Position numbers and translations under genes: made by a program. The notes under the pieces were generated by a model, which saw nothing but the letters and a program-made list of their open reading frames with translations, searched no databases and was not told the origin of the DNA. Positions 1 to 11,880 of a DNA stretch of 64,000 nucleotides are shown in pieces; position 1 is the first letter of the stretch, and each line of letters opens with the position of its first letter. This DNA is from Bispira polyomma (lineage: Eukaryota), in assembly GCA_965649765.1 (NCBI GenBank), contig OZ287748.1, forward strand, positions 55,738,001 through 55,802,000, in the 5' to 3' direction.

Positions 1-59
1 ACTGGTCCACTTCCTGCTTAACTGAGCCTTATCAGTAAAAAAAAATTGGTTCTACCTTG

Positions 60-1010
60 TCTGATCTTTGTAAACTCTTGTTTGGTGTTCCCCAATGTTA
101 TGTTTTGGGCCCTTTGTTATTTTTATTGTACACTGCTCCTCTTAGTTTGGTGATTGGGAGATAAAAAGATATTAAGTTTCATTTTTACGCGGATGACACT
201 TAAGTTTATGTGCACTTATCCCAAAATACATCTGCTGCCTTTGAACAGTTGAACAGGTGCCTTGATGAAGTAAAAGAGTGGATTTCAACTAGTAAACTCA
301 AATTGAATCCTGACGTCTGTGTGTATACCCATTGGCTCAAAAAGACAGAGAGAGAAGTTGTAAGCATGTTTCCCAATTAACATCCTGATTAGCCCCTTCT
401 GCCCAGTTGATTCAATCAAGAAAACTGGGCGTGTGGTTTGACTCTGATTTTTCCTTTCCTAAACATGTTCAGAGTGTCTACAAAAGTTGTTTTGTGCAAC
501 TCTGGGACTTCAGACATGTCAGGCGGATTCATACTCATGATGCTTCTATGCTGGTGGCAAATACTTTTGTCAGTCGGTTAGATTACTGTAACTTACTTTT
601 TAGGAGCCTTTCCAAGCTCAATCTACGCAAATTACAATATATTCAAAATAGTGCTGCTAGAATTGTGTGAAACACCAGTCGATACACCAGTATAACTCCT
701 GTTCTTAAGAAATTGCATTGGCTACCTGTTGAACAGCACTCAGTGTTAAAAACAGCCACACTTGTTTATAAGTTTCTGCACACTGGTTTTCCCAAGTATT
801 TTGCCCCATATCTTCTCTTACAGCAGTACTTACAATACAAGTCAAAGTGGTGGTAATGTTGTTGTTGTTCCAAAGTTATACCCGTCTGCTCAAAAGTCAG
901 TTGAACAGTTTGGTTATGGCTTTGCTTCTGATAGTCCAATTGTTTGGAATGCTCTTGCCAATGTGATTTGTGCGCCCCCTCTCTAACCTCCTTTAGAAAG
1001 CAGCTTAATA
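60..1010 (+). mobile_element. Degraded L2/CR1-group LINE fragment (RT C-terminal half)
   Basis: Frameshifted or stop-containing translation with [55 protein letters not shown] and WNAL..FRKQL. Collinear with the intact copy at 17700. Lies in the last intron of the carboxypeptidase gene. Confidence 0.9.
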
Positions 1011-1504
1011 CAATTACAATCACACATCTTATAAGTGTGTGTGACCTTTTTCAAGTTACAGCCCCTTACCAAAACGGTTCAGTGTGTTTGCAGGTAACAT
1101 ATGACAAGTATTCAATGCGCATTTGACATGAAAGACAGGAGTAAAATGAACTATACTTCCAAATAATTTTAAAAATGAGAACGAGAACGAAATGGGTTAA
1201 CCAAAATGGCTAACATATTTTAAAAGTTGGCCAATGATACAAACATAATTGAAAGGCCTATTAAAACATATTAAATGCGTGTACAGACCCTGTACATGTG
1301 CGTACTGAATGTGTACAAAATAGCCCATACATTAATTTTTTGCTACGTTTCCCTGAATTTCAACTTTGTTGGACTCCTATTTCTTACGTATATGGAAAGT
1401 AAAACGTAACACAAACGTAGCTCAGTGTGACCACTTCATAACAAAGACATATTGTACACTGAATATGCAGTTAGAGGAATCCTTTTTAGATAGATTCTCT
1501 TCAG

Positions 1505-2370
1505 AATCAGCACCTGTAGGTATTATTAAATACACTGTTGTTAAAATTGTACAATTATGTCTTTCAGATGCAGCCTCCAGACGTACTATAGACTATACTG
1601 ATGTTAACTTTGTACACTATATATTTTTCAGATCCATCCTCTGGGCGTACTTTAGATATACTGGTGTTAACATTATACACTGTATACCTTTCAGACTCAT
1701 CCTCTAGACGTACTATAGACTATACTGATGTTAACTTTGTACACTATATATCTTTCAGATCCATCCTCTGGGCGTACTTTAGACTATACTGGTGTTAACA
1801 TTGTACACTGTATATCTTTCAGACTCATCCTCTAGACGTACTATAGACTATACTGATGTTAACTTTGTACACTATATATCTTTCAGATCCATCCTCTGGG
1901 CGTACTTTAGATATACTGGTGTAAACATTGTACACTGTATATCTTTCAGACTCATCCTCTAGACGTACTATAGACTATACTGATGTTAACTTTGTACACT
2001 ATATATCTTTCAGATCCATCCTCTGGGCGTACTTTAGACTATACTGGTGTTAACATTGTACACTGTATATTTTTTAGACCCAGCCTTTGGAGGTACTTTA
2101 GACTATACTGGTGTTAACATTGTACACTGTATATCTTTTAGACCCAGCCTTTGGAGGTACTTTAGACTATACTGGTGTTAACATTGTACACTGTATATCT
2201 TTTAGACCCAGCCTTTGGAGGTACTTTAGACCATACTGGTGTTAACATTGTACACTGTATATCTTTTAGACCCAGCCTTTGGAGGTACTTTAGACCATAC
2301 TGGTGTTAACATTGTACACTGTGTATGTTTTAGACCCAGCCGCTGGCGGTACTATAGACTATGCTGGGAG
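1505..2370 (+). repeat. 64-bp tandem array (13 copies plus the real exon start) built from a splice acceptor and exon 5' end
   Basis: Units begin after an AG at 1505, 1568, 1632, 1695, 1759, 1823, 1887, 1950, 2014, 2078, 2142, 2206 and 2270; the true exon begins at 2334. Unit example: acccagcctttggaggtactttagactatactg-gtgttaacattgtacactgtatatcttttag. Confidence 0.95.
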
Positions 2371-2521
2371 AAATGGCAGTGCAACCCTCTACAGCTACAC
2401 TCCTGAACTGTCTGGTGGCAGCTTCAATCCACCGACGACGGAAATACAGCCAACTTTTAATGAAATATGGCAAGGAATTCTAGCTCTGATTGCAGAAACT
2501 GAAATGCATCAGATTAAGTAG
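2334..2521 (+). CDS. Terminal coding exon of an M14A metallocarboxypeptidase (carboxypeptidase A-like); upstream exons lie outside the window
   Basis: Acceptor ttttag|AC at 2333/2334, phase 1. Translation (Y)PAAGGTIDYAGRNGSATLYSYTPELSGGSFNPPTTEIQPTFNEIWQGILALIAETEMHQIK* aligns with the CPA C-terminus YQASGGSIDW..YSFTFEL..F..P..I.PT..E.W. Tyr248 (split codon), Ile255, Asp256 and catalytic Glu270 equivalents are present. Stop TAG at 2519-2521. Confidence 0.85.
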
Positions 2522-2572
2522 ATTAGATGTGCAGATATAGATGTATTCCTTGGTGGATTTTATTTTGTGGAA

Positions 2573-2578
2573 AATAAA
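2573..2578 (+). terminator. Candidate polyadenylation signal of the carboxypeptidase gene
   Basis: AATAAA 52 nt after the stop codon, followed by T-rich sequence. Confidence 0.55.
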
Positions 2579-2675
2579 ATTTTTCTGCATTTGTTCATAT
2601 TTCTGAATAACAGGGTAGCCAAACTCCCTTAAGCACAAAAAAGTCATACAAATTAGACAGCTGATTAGAGTAAGT

Positions 2676-2867
2676 ATTGGCCACTGTATCTGAAATTGGC
2701 CACCAAGACAATGTTGTGTTTTTGGTTGAATTGTGAGTAATATTTGCTGATATCTAGATTTTTGTGACTATTTTGCCTTAATTAGCTAAATTCCAGTTAT
2801 ATTTCGCCAGTTTTTATTGATTTAGCTTTAATTGTAGGGGTGGCCAATTACAAATATAGTGGCCAAT
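2676..2867. mobile_element. Small inverted-repeat element (MITE-like remnant)
   Basis: attggccactgtatctgaaattggccacc (2676-2704) is the near reverse complement of ggtggccaattacaaatatagtggccaat (2839-2867). Confidence 0.55.
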
Positions 2868-5271
2868 TTTAGATTTCTTATTCTACTTCTTTTTGTAAAA
2901 CAATGTGATTACACAATAATATGGTTGTAAATTCACATAATTTATACTCGGTATTTCTATACATTTTTATATATATCAGACACATGTCCACATTTAACAT
3001 TGTATGCTTAATTTAAACTAACTGAAGCAATAGTACTGAAAGATACTTTATACAAACAAGGTTTTAGTTACACAAGATTCAACAGAATGGCATCTATTTA
3101 TTCCATTAAAACACTCATCTCTTGGTGAAATTTTTGTGGTTTGATTCAATTTCAAGACAGCAACGTTTGCTTTTTATCCTCCATTTTTTCTTCAACATAT
3201 TAACATACATAGGTTTATTTAAATATAAACCTTAAAAGATATAATGTTAACCTGAGAAAGTAATCCTAATTTTAGCATTGTATAAATTCAGCGGGCTACT
3301 TTCTTTGAAAAAATAGCTAAAAAGGGCAGAATCCTGTTCCACTTTTAGAATTTTATACTCAACCTTAAGCCGTCCGAGCTAAATACTATTGTATCTTGTT
3401 GAGTGAAGAGCTGCATGGTTCCATCGCTGTGAGATGTTTGACTGTTACTTTATCCTGCCTCTTAAGTTTAACGACTATAACTTCTAACTGTTAGTCTACT
3501 GCTGTCCTCAAGCTTTTAATTTTATTGATGTCCCTTGACATGTGATCTAGCTTTTAGGTAATTTCTTCCATTGGTTCTAATGCAAGCAGGATTTTGTGCA
3601 AAACAGTATTTAAATCCTATGTCCTACCCACACACATTGTTTCGTCAATGAAATGTTGTATCTAAAATTCTTTATTTGACTGATTTTCTTCGAGAGCTGC
3701 ACCTGCAGCAGTAACCAAACTTCCTGATTTCAACAACTGTCCACTAGACTATGTCTAACATGATTACTATATTATCCTTTCTCACTGTACTTGTTACTAA
3801 ATTTCCTTTATTTAGAATTTTTTTTGGGGGGGTAAAACTGGCATAACTATTATTAAGATAATAATGAGACAATATGGAATGTTTTGTGCAAAAAAAAATA
3901 AAATTCAAAGCTCGGTAACCAGTTTAGTTTTGTACTTGAAAACTCACTTTGTTTTTTCATTTTTTTTGTGTGTGTATAGATCTACTGTGGGAAGAAATGC
4001 CTAATCTTCCTGTCCAGTGTTCCAAGTTGAAAAAAACAAACAATACAAAATACTTTCAATAAAACAATATGTTGCAATATGAAACTGGAACAGCATTACA
4101 TATTGGTTTATCATTTTCATAGTAAAATCGTTGAATAGTGTTCAGTTCTTGGTATTCTAGAAATGAATTGTGAGAGCGTACAATATATTACTCAGCAATG
4201 GAATCAGAATAAAGCAATATATATATACAGTCTACACTATTACACTTATTTTTATCATTTCTACAGTTTGTTAACATTTTTCCAAGATCTCTAATTCCGC
4301 ACTGTTGCGTATGGGCAGAAACTCATCTGATTTTGAAACTTGCTTTTTTTGCAAATCTATCATGCTTAAATATATCTTTAATGCATATTGTGAACTCAAC
4401 TAAACGTGCAGCTTCACACAAGGCATGACAGGTCTGTGGTGTCTTTCTATACACTTGCTGACCGTACACACCAGATATCTCGAATGATGGTGATCAAGGA
4501 ATGTGCCCACCAACCAGTAGCAGTACAGCCTTCCACATCATGAAGGCAAAGCCCACTTTGAATCTGATTTTTGTACATACATTCAGTGACAATAAATTTA
4601 AACTCATTTTGAGTAAAATGGCATCTTCAGAGCAAAACAGTTAACATGTCACAGTAGTAAATAGACCAAACTTTTTCGCAAACTAGGTCTAGTCTAAAGT
4701 CTCTTGAATTTGGGGTTCACATACCTCAAGACAGAATTGCCTTTGTATTAACCTTTTCGCGACTAGAAGAAAATTATTGCCAGGAATTGAAAGGAATGTT
4801 TTCTGTAAAGGGTTACGAATAGCTGGAGTCACTAAAACACACACCAAAGACTAAGCGTCTCGAGTCTACTGTACTAACAATTTCCTATTGCAATGTAAAT
4901 GGAGAAAAGTAAAATAATTTTGGGGCGTTGTCGACTGCTTGGTGACAGACATGGATTCTGTGACCCATAAATTTTGTTGACTGTTTGCCAACAATGTAGT
5001 GGTCGAAACACATTAAGAAAAGTTACACATAAGACCATTGGAGGCCCTCGCTCTGATACCCCCCTAATTTACATGATGGCTCTCCTCTTCAGTCTAGACT
5101 CCAAGCATTAACTACTTGGGAAGTGATTATAAATTTTAGCAATCCTTATGTTGCCTCTGCCAGTAGTGTCATTTCTAATGAGGTATGTGCAGGTTTTCCC
5201 AAGTTGTGATTTCCATAATTTACGTGCAGATTGCAAAATCAGCACGATGTTATGAGACTTTTATGAGATAA

Positions 5272-5400
5272 ATTTAGTTAGTTTTATGTATATTTCAACA
5301 GCTTAGGTCATATCATGACAGCCAGAATTGATTGTGGAAGAAGCCAGTGTGGAAGTACTTTGAACGACAGACCTATGGCAAGTACCTGACAAATTTTCGT
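5272..5400 (-). mobile_element. 3' part of a degraded V-domain-like tRNA SINE
   Basis: Reverse complement reads gaaaatttgtcaggtacttgcc...ggcttcttccac...catgatatgacctaagctgttgaaat, similar to the copies at 31542, 50040 and 50990. Confidence 0.55.
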
Positions 5401-5404
5401 ATTA

Positions 5405-5650
5405 AACTATATTTTGCATGTTAAAAATGCCTTAATAGTGTAACACCAGTTTCGAAAGCGGTAGTGTACAGGGAGTTAAGCAAGCTTAAAGAGATCAGGT
5501 TTAAAAGTTTTTGCCTAAAATCAGAAGGTGTTTCTAGTGATGCAAGGTTAAAAAGGAGGCTATTACATAACGCAGGGGCAGCAAATGAGAAAGCTATAGA
5601 TCTACCTCTCTTGGCAGCTTTTACAGAGGAAACAGAAAGCTCTCCTTAAA
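5405..5650 (-). mobile_element. L2 LINE 3'-end fragment
   Basis: Minus strand encodes LSVSSV..RGRSIAFSFAAPALCNSL...DFRQKL, matching the end of the L2 ORF at 18480-18650. Confidence 0.75.
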
Positions 5651-7289
5651 TATTGTAATTCACATAGGATGCACTGAAAGTGGTTAAATAAATTCCAACT
5701 TTCTGAGATCGAGTAACACACATTTTATTATCAAAAATTTACAAAACAATATAACACTTGCAATTTAATATAGCCTTTTACCCGGTTACTCGTATACTGT
5801 GCTGCTATATTAAACCCAAAACAAATTATTTTAGAATAAAAATGCTGATATTCTCCAACTTTGCAATTAGTTTTTATTTTAATATTTATGGAACTGTGAA
5901 GTAAGTATATGCACCAGACCTCGTTTGACAACGTGCTCAAGTATGTCATATACATACATGGATGTCAAAATGTACTCTTAAAGGATGAGCCAGTGCAAAA
6001 TGGTTAAAGAATTGCTTGTGTGATTTGGCTATCATGGAGATTTGTAATTATACATTGTAATATTTGGTCTACAGATACACATAGCTACAAAACACCAAAT
6101 ATGGAAATTCTGATTTCTCCATCAAACCCAAGGTCCATATTTTGTCTGATTTTCGCCTAGCCTGGCCCCTTAGTCTAGTGTACATTTCTATTTTAAAATG
6201 CATTTGTTTTTATAATGTACACAGGAAAGCTGAGGACAGAAATACCATGAAGTCTGCATACAAAACAGATTTGCCTATTATCTCTGGCAATAGTGAGGCC
6301 AGAAATGTTCGAGGAAAATATAGCTGACATACGTACCTTTTACTGCAGTCAAGTGGGAAACACTCCCTTAGAATCACAGATGTCCTGGAGTTCGACTCCT
6401 ACCTAGAGTTCCCATATACAAAAAGATGCAAAGCGTTTCAGATGATTGCTTCATAAATATTTTGTATGCCATTACATGGATGAGTTTTATGGGACTTAAG
6501 TAATCCTGATCCGGATATTTTTTCAATTGATGGAGGTATTGTGTAAAGTGATTATTGAGTAACTTATGTCAGTAATTTATTACACTGGATTGTTAATGAT
6601 CCTCCCATTGACTTGCAATTGTATAAAAGCTTTCTTAAAATTATATTTGCAAAGTAGTGGTACTTTTGTGAGTAATACTTTAACTGCAATCTGTTTTGTC
6701 CTGTGTAATAATAGCCATGATACTAGGTATAATGTTGGACTTATAGTTGTTATATGATGATTATGATTATGTTGAACATTTTGAAATTCTGGCTGGAAAC
6801 ATTAGATACTTGTTGTTATTAAGATACACTTACTCCTTAAGGTTTGCTTATTAGAAATAAAATTAAATAATTTATCTACTATGTTCAACATAGCATGTCT
6901 ACATAAAAGGCTTCTCAATATATCTCTGTATGTGTATCTGTATTATAATTGAATGTATTTATCTGTTTGTTTCCCTTTTATTTCTTTGTAAATGTTCTTC
7001 AAATGAGGAAATGTACTATTATTATTACTATTAAAATAGCAGTCTTCTGTCACTGTGTACTTAATCCTAATGTAATGCTAAAGAACCTTGGGGATATTTA
7101 AGAAATGTTCATCCTTAAACCTCTGTCTTCAGTTAGGGGAATGACAGTTACTGGTGCTGGATCGCTGCAATAGTGCAATTGAGAAAGGCAAATTAGCGCT
7201 TAAAATCCCAGAAAGTTGAACATGATTACATTTGCATAATCATTCTTTCAGAGTGACTCATTAGTAAATAGTAAAATATCTCTGGTACA

Positions 7290-7720
7290 ATCCCTATAGT
7301 GTCTTCTGTTCTGGAGCCCCTTTTTTACTGTACAGTACTCTACTTGGAAAAGTAATATCCTTGTACCAGAATATCAGCTCTCACTGTTATGCAGATGATA
7401 CACAAATTTACTGCTCCCTCAGCCCAAACAAATATTCCCAAGGCCTGGAACAGCCCTTTAGCTGCCTCACAGCAATTAAATCTTGGATGAATCATTCTAA
7501 ATTGAAATTAAAGTTAAGGAATTTCTACTTATTGATTCCAAAACATCAGATACACATGCTAGGTTCTAAGAATTTTCGGCAACTCTCCTTGGTACCAATA
7601 CCTTTCCTGCTGACACTGCCAAAAAACTTGGGATTCACTGTAAAAGTGAAAATACTCTTTAGCTGCTTCACACCAAATAAATTTATTTGGATCATTCTGA
7701 ATTGAAATTAAAAATTAACA
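7290..7720 (+). mobile_element. Degraded L2 RT fragment with a ~60-bp internal re-duplication
   Basis: SVLEP..., HCYADDTQIY, CLTAIKSWMNHSKLKL and KNLG motifs. Segment 7456-7516 recurs at about 7657-7718. Confidence 0.8.
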
Positions 7721-7899
7721 AAACATTAATATTATGTCACAATATGCACATTTAGAGAATTTAAAACAAAATAAAGTCACGTTGTTAAATCATGACTAAT
7801 AAATAAATCATTTACCTTACACTGTTCTTAACATATTTAACTTATTAGCTTGGGATAACATACTTTATTTTGAAATGTTTATATTGGAACTACATTGTT

Positions 7900-8520
7900 C
7901 ATCATCAGAATTCCAAGCAGTATCTGTCAGGATTCATTTTGCCTGCAGAAAGGGCCCAACATGGAGATGTTCGGCTAGCCTAATGAGATAAATGTTAATA
8001 AACTAAAGGCCCCAAAAAGGCCTTCTGCCAGACTACTATATCTTCAACTGTAGCCCCAGAGATGATACAAATGTACTGGCAGCCATATTGATATCTGGTA
8101 ACATGCAATAATCCAATTAAGCTGGCCCTCCTTATGGAGATAAAACCCACAGAGGAAATCCCCCAAATTGGTCTGGCAGTTTTAAAACATTATCCCATGA
8201 TCCTTTCAAAATAACTCAGCAGTCAAGCTAAAGCTCAGGAATTTACACATAGTTCCAAGATTTAAAAAATTCCAGCCTAAATTTGGTTAATACTGTCCAT
8301 CCTTCCAAAACTACTCTTAAACCAGTGACATGTTGAAGATCTTTCATAAAAATAATGGGAAACCTAGATGATTCCATGAGTATTGAGTTTTAGTTTGAAA
8401 CATTATTCAGTCATCAGCATAGGCTTTTTTCCCGGGGTGTGGTTATCAACTGAGTAGTTAGTGTGTTCCTGTAATCTAGTATCCTCCTAAACCTTGTTAA
8501 CAACATGCTGCAAAATTAAT
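7900..8520 (-). mobile_element. Highly degraded non-LTR RT fragment, possibly L1/Tx1 clade
   Basis: gcctatgctgatgac (AYADD) on the minus strand at 8410-8424, followed by remnants resembling TGL..., W and LS..RR..LI downstream motifs. Many stops and frameshifts. Confidence 0.45.
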
Positions 8521-9299
8521 GATGACAAAGAACTGATCACATGATAAGAAAAAAAATCTGGTTTATGTCAATAGAGAGGATGTGGAAGTCACTGTGCACT
8601 CTAAATGCTTAGGAGCCCAGGAATGTGCATAATACTCTGTGAATAATGCTTAACTTTTATAGTGCCTGATTTAGTGTTGGTCAATCCCTGAAGCCCATAT
8701 AAAAAGTGAGATTCATAAATATTTTCCTGTCCAAAAATGTAATGGAGACCACTATTAATTTTGTAAATGCGCTATACTAAAGTCCAGCAAAGTGCTGACC
8801 CTACAAATCATATATATCAAATTAAACATTAATTATAGCCTGACATTTCAGTATAAATAAAAACAGGTCTGACTTGGGATTTTTTCAGATATCTTGAAAA
8901 ATACAGAACTAGGTAATTACCTGTCAAATGCAAGATGGCTGAACATTACAGAAAGTGCTTAAACTAATAGCTTCTGAAGATTTATCTTAGTGAATTAGCT
9001 TTTGAAAGGCATTTGAAATTGTTAAGTAGTCATTCCCATTTAATATCTGTTAATATTCACCAAAGTTATAATTGTTTACTACTTTTATGAACTTTAGTTG
9101 CAACACTATCTATTATTTCTGTTTCTACCTCAAATACTCTGTAACCAGGAACCCGGAAATAGTAAAATCACTCCTAACAGGAGAGTGGGGAAAATGGCCG
9201 GTATGGCATGGGAAAATTAATGGAAAAGAGATAATTGGAAGCGATAGATGTTGAATATTCAAATCCAGGCTGCAGTATGCATATATGGGATAGTTGGCA

Positions 9300-9535
9300 G
9301 TACAGGGATAACAGAGGGTAACACTCTTGTCTCCCCTCTCTGCAGTAGTGGGTTCGAGGTCTAGGCCCTGGCATGCATATGAGAGAGTTAGGTGTAGATT
9401 TGCTGGATGTCAGTGACTACAATACATAAATCTTGACCAACATAGCTGTACTCATTTCCTCCACTTATAAGCTGCCTGTCTGTGATATAATAGGAATGTG
9501 TTGAAGGCGACATTAAACCTTAACTGAAATGAAAC
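9300..9535 (+). mobile_element. Degraded V-domain-like tRNA SINE
   Basis: B-box ggttcgag, body tttcctccac, tail gatataataggaatgtgttgaaggcgacattaaacc. Confidence 0.65.
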
Positions 9536-9758
9536 CTTTTTCATTAGATAATCATCAATGTGCAGCAGTCACTATGGCTGAGTAGTTGTGTAGTTTAGTG
9601 ACATATCTTATCTCAAATGACGCTTTGTATATCTTGTAGCATTGAATTAAATTCAAAAACTAAACTCATAATGTTCTCATATATTTAAAATGTGTACAAG
9701 AGAACACTCTGTGCCTTGAAAGAAAAAGTTAATTCTTTTATATAAAACAGATGTATTA

Positions 9759-10449
9759 GCCTACGCTTCCTTTCAGCATGACGTCGGCCGATTTTTTTTC
9801 CCTCATTATACAATACTACCAAGTGCTTCGTTTCAGCAGATTTGCATCAGATCCGATCAGACGTCGGCCGACATCTGTTTGGCTAACAGATTTTATCTGT
9901 CAGGAAAGAAAAAACCGGGAGGACTCACCGATTTGGTAACAAAAATGTCTTTAAAAATGCTATCATAGGTATATTTTTTAGCCTATATATACTTAATATT
10001 CGCCAGATGTTGACGTTAAAATGGCATGAGAAAGGTTATTTTATTGTGATTACTGTGCTTTTTTCCCACCAAAATCAGTTAAGAAACGGCTCAGATATTT
10101 AAGGTTATAGATGGGTACCCCATGTAACTTCCCTTCTGCAGTTAATAATACGTCACGGTGACGTCATAATGACGTCAGTTTATAGCTACCTCACAACCTA
10201 CAAACCAGGAAATAAAAATGGGTACCCTTATTTAACTGTATATATCTCAGCCATTTCTTATCAAATTTTGGCGAAAAAAAGCACAGTAATCGCAAAAATA
10301 TAAGCTTTCTCATGCTATTTTTAAAGTCATCATCCGACTAATATTGGGTATATATCTGATGAAAGGAAGCGCTAAATCGGCCGACGTCTGATCGGATCGG
10401 ACATACCTAAATCGGCCGACGTCAGAATGTGCTGAAAGAAAGTGTAGGC
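9759..10449. mobile_element. Foldback MITE, probably PIF/Harbinger superfamily
   Basis: ~40-bp TIRs gcctacgcttcctttcagca..tgacgtcggccgattt and aaatcggccgacgtca..tgctgaaagaaagtgtaggc. TTA on both flanks (9756-9758, 10450-10452). The interior is also an imperfect palindrome. Confidence 0.85.
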
Positions 10450-11142
10450 TTAATGTGCATGGATGACGTGAAGTTAATTTACCAATATCAAAGTAGGGAT
10501 CAAAATAGCTTTAAGTATAAAATTAGCCGAATAAGTGTTAAAATGTTATATCTTTCTCAAAGCCAGACACCAAAACAGTTTAGAAAAGTAGAGTGGAGGA
10601 GACTGTTAATAGTCAGAAAGAAATACAATCACATGTGTTCCTCAAGTGAAGTTTAGGCTGAAAAGTTAAAGAGATTATTTATTGAAGTTCTCGGGCTGAA
10701 ATACAGGAATTGGAGTGGAAATGATTACCAAATAGAGCACAGGATTGCTTTACCTGATTGGAAGAAATGGACTGACCACAACAAATGATCTTGTGTCTAC
10801 ACCACATCTGTACAGAGGTATTGCAGTACATTTTACAGAAAGCTTTCAAAAGTCTTTTATTTGAAAATGCTTTCTATCTACAGATGTGTATAAATATAAA
10901 TACCAGATATGATTATGAGTATCAAAATCTCAGATAATTTCCATTGTAGTTCTTTTAAACCTGAAACATAGGCCAGGAATGGGGTGTCAATGGACAACTG
11001 TATTTGGTGCAAATATAGTACATTCTAAATTGCTTCTGATGAAACAACGTCACTACATTGCAAATGCAACTGGAGACTCTAGATGGAGTCAAATGGGAAA
11101 GTGACTTGTTTTGGTGTCATCAGCATATATGTACTGGATCAG

Positions 11143-11420
11143 TATTATTATTATTAAATCATTTTTATAGCCCTCTATTAATGCATTATCCACCCATTCT
11201 CTTAAAGGGGTTGTCCTGGCATAGCCTTGGTTATCACCAATTGACAATGGTGTGTTCACATCTTATCACATCTTAGGATATTATCTCACTAATGAACTTA
11301 TTGGCATTATCAATTTTTAGGCTGATGATTTCTGATGACCAGTCCAACTCTCCCAGCTGGCAGTAGAACCAGGGGCCTTCTGATAATCATGTTAACTTCA
11401 TAACTACTAGGCCATTGGAT
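11143..11420 (-). mobile_element. Degraded tRNA SINE with (aat)n-type tail
   Basis: Minus-strand head tggcctagtagtta with B-box ggttctactgcc, and an (att)n run at the left end. Confidence 0.55.
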
Positions 11421-11559
11421 GAAATGATGACACTATGTACAACAATGAATATATACCCCAAAGCGATATGTATGAACAGAATAAGATAGAACATCCTCAG
11501 AACCTTGGGAAATGCAAAATAATCTGCAAATGCGATTGATATGGTCTCATCAGTATGAC

Positions 11560-11880
11560 TGACTAGGCAATACAGTTTTCAGTGTCTCAAATGCTGTATG
11601 TAAATCAAGGAATGTGAATACGGATGTATATCCTTAGGTCATAATACAAATAACTACATTCATGGCTCCCTATAGAATGACATCATTTGGAGGTTGACTG
11701 GTAAGAGTTTGTTTATAAAGGGGTTGATCTAGGTAATTCTGAACGTGAAAGGCCACTAGCATGTCAACAGAACTTCGAAAGCAATAATTTTGATTTGATA
11801 CTGGCCTGCAATTTTTGGGATCTTCCTTATTCAGCGATGGTTTTTTGATGTCCTTTATGTCGAGAAAATTATTTATTCCA
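11560..11880 (-). mobile_element. Degraded L2/CR1 RT N-terminal fragment
   Basis: KKPSLNKEDPKNCRPVSN (compare KKPSLD..NYRPISN) and a downstream LDL..AFET remnant. Confidence 0.75.

Noticed and set aside
1030-1100. Possible penultimate carboxypeptidase exon ending at cag|gtaaca (about 1093)
   Set aside because: It does not end in the T needed to complete the Tyr codon and shows no M14 similarity.
1505-2370. Regular array could be mistaken for a CRISPR locus
   Set aside because: No unique spacers, eukaryotic context and no cas genes; the units are copies of an intron-exon boundary.
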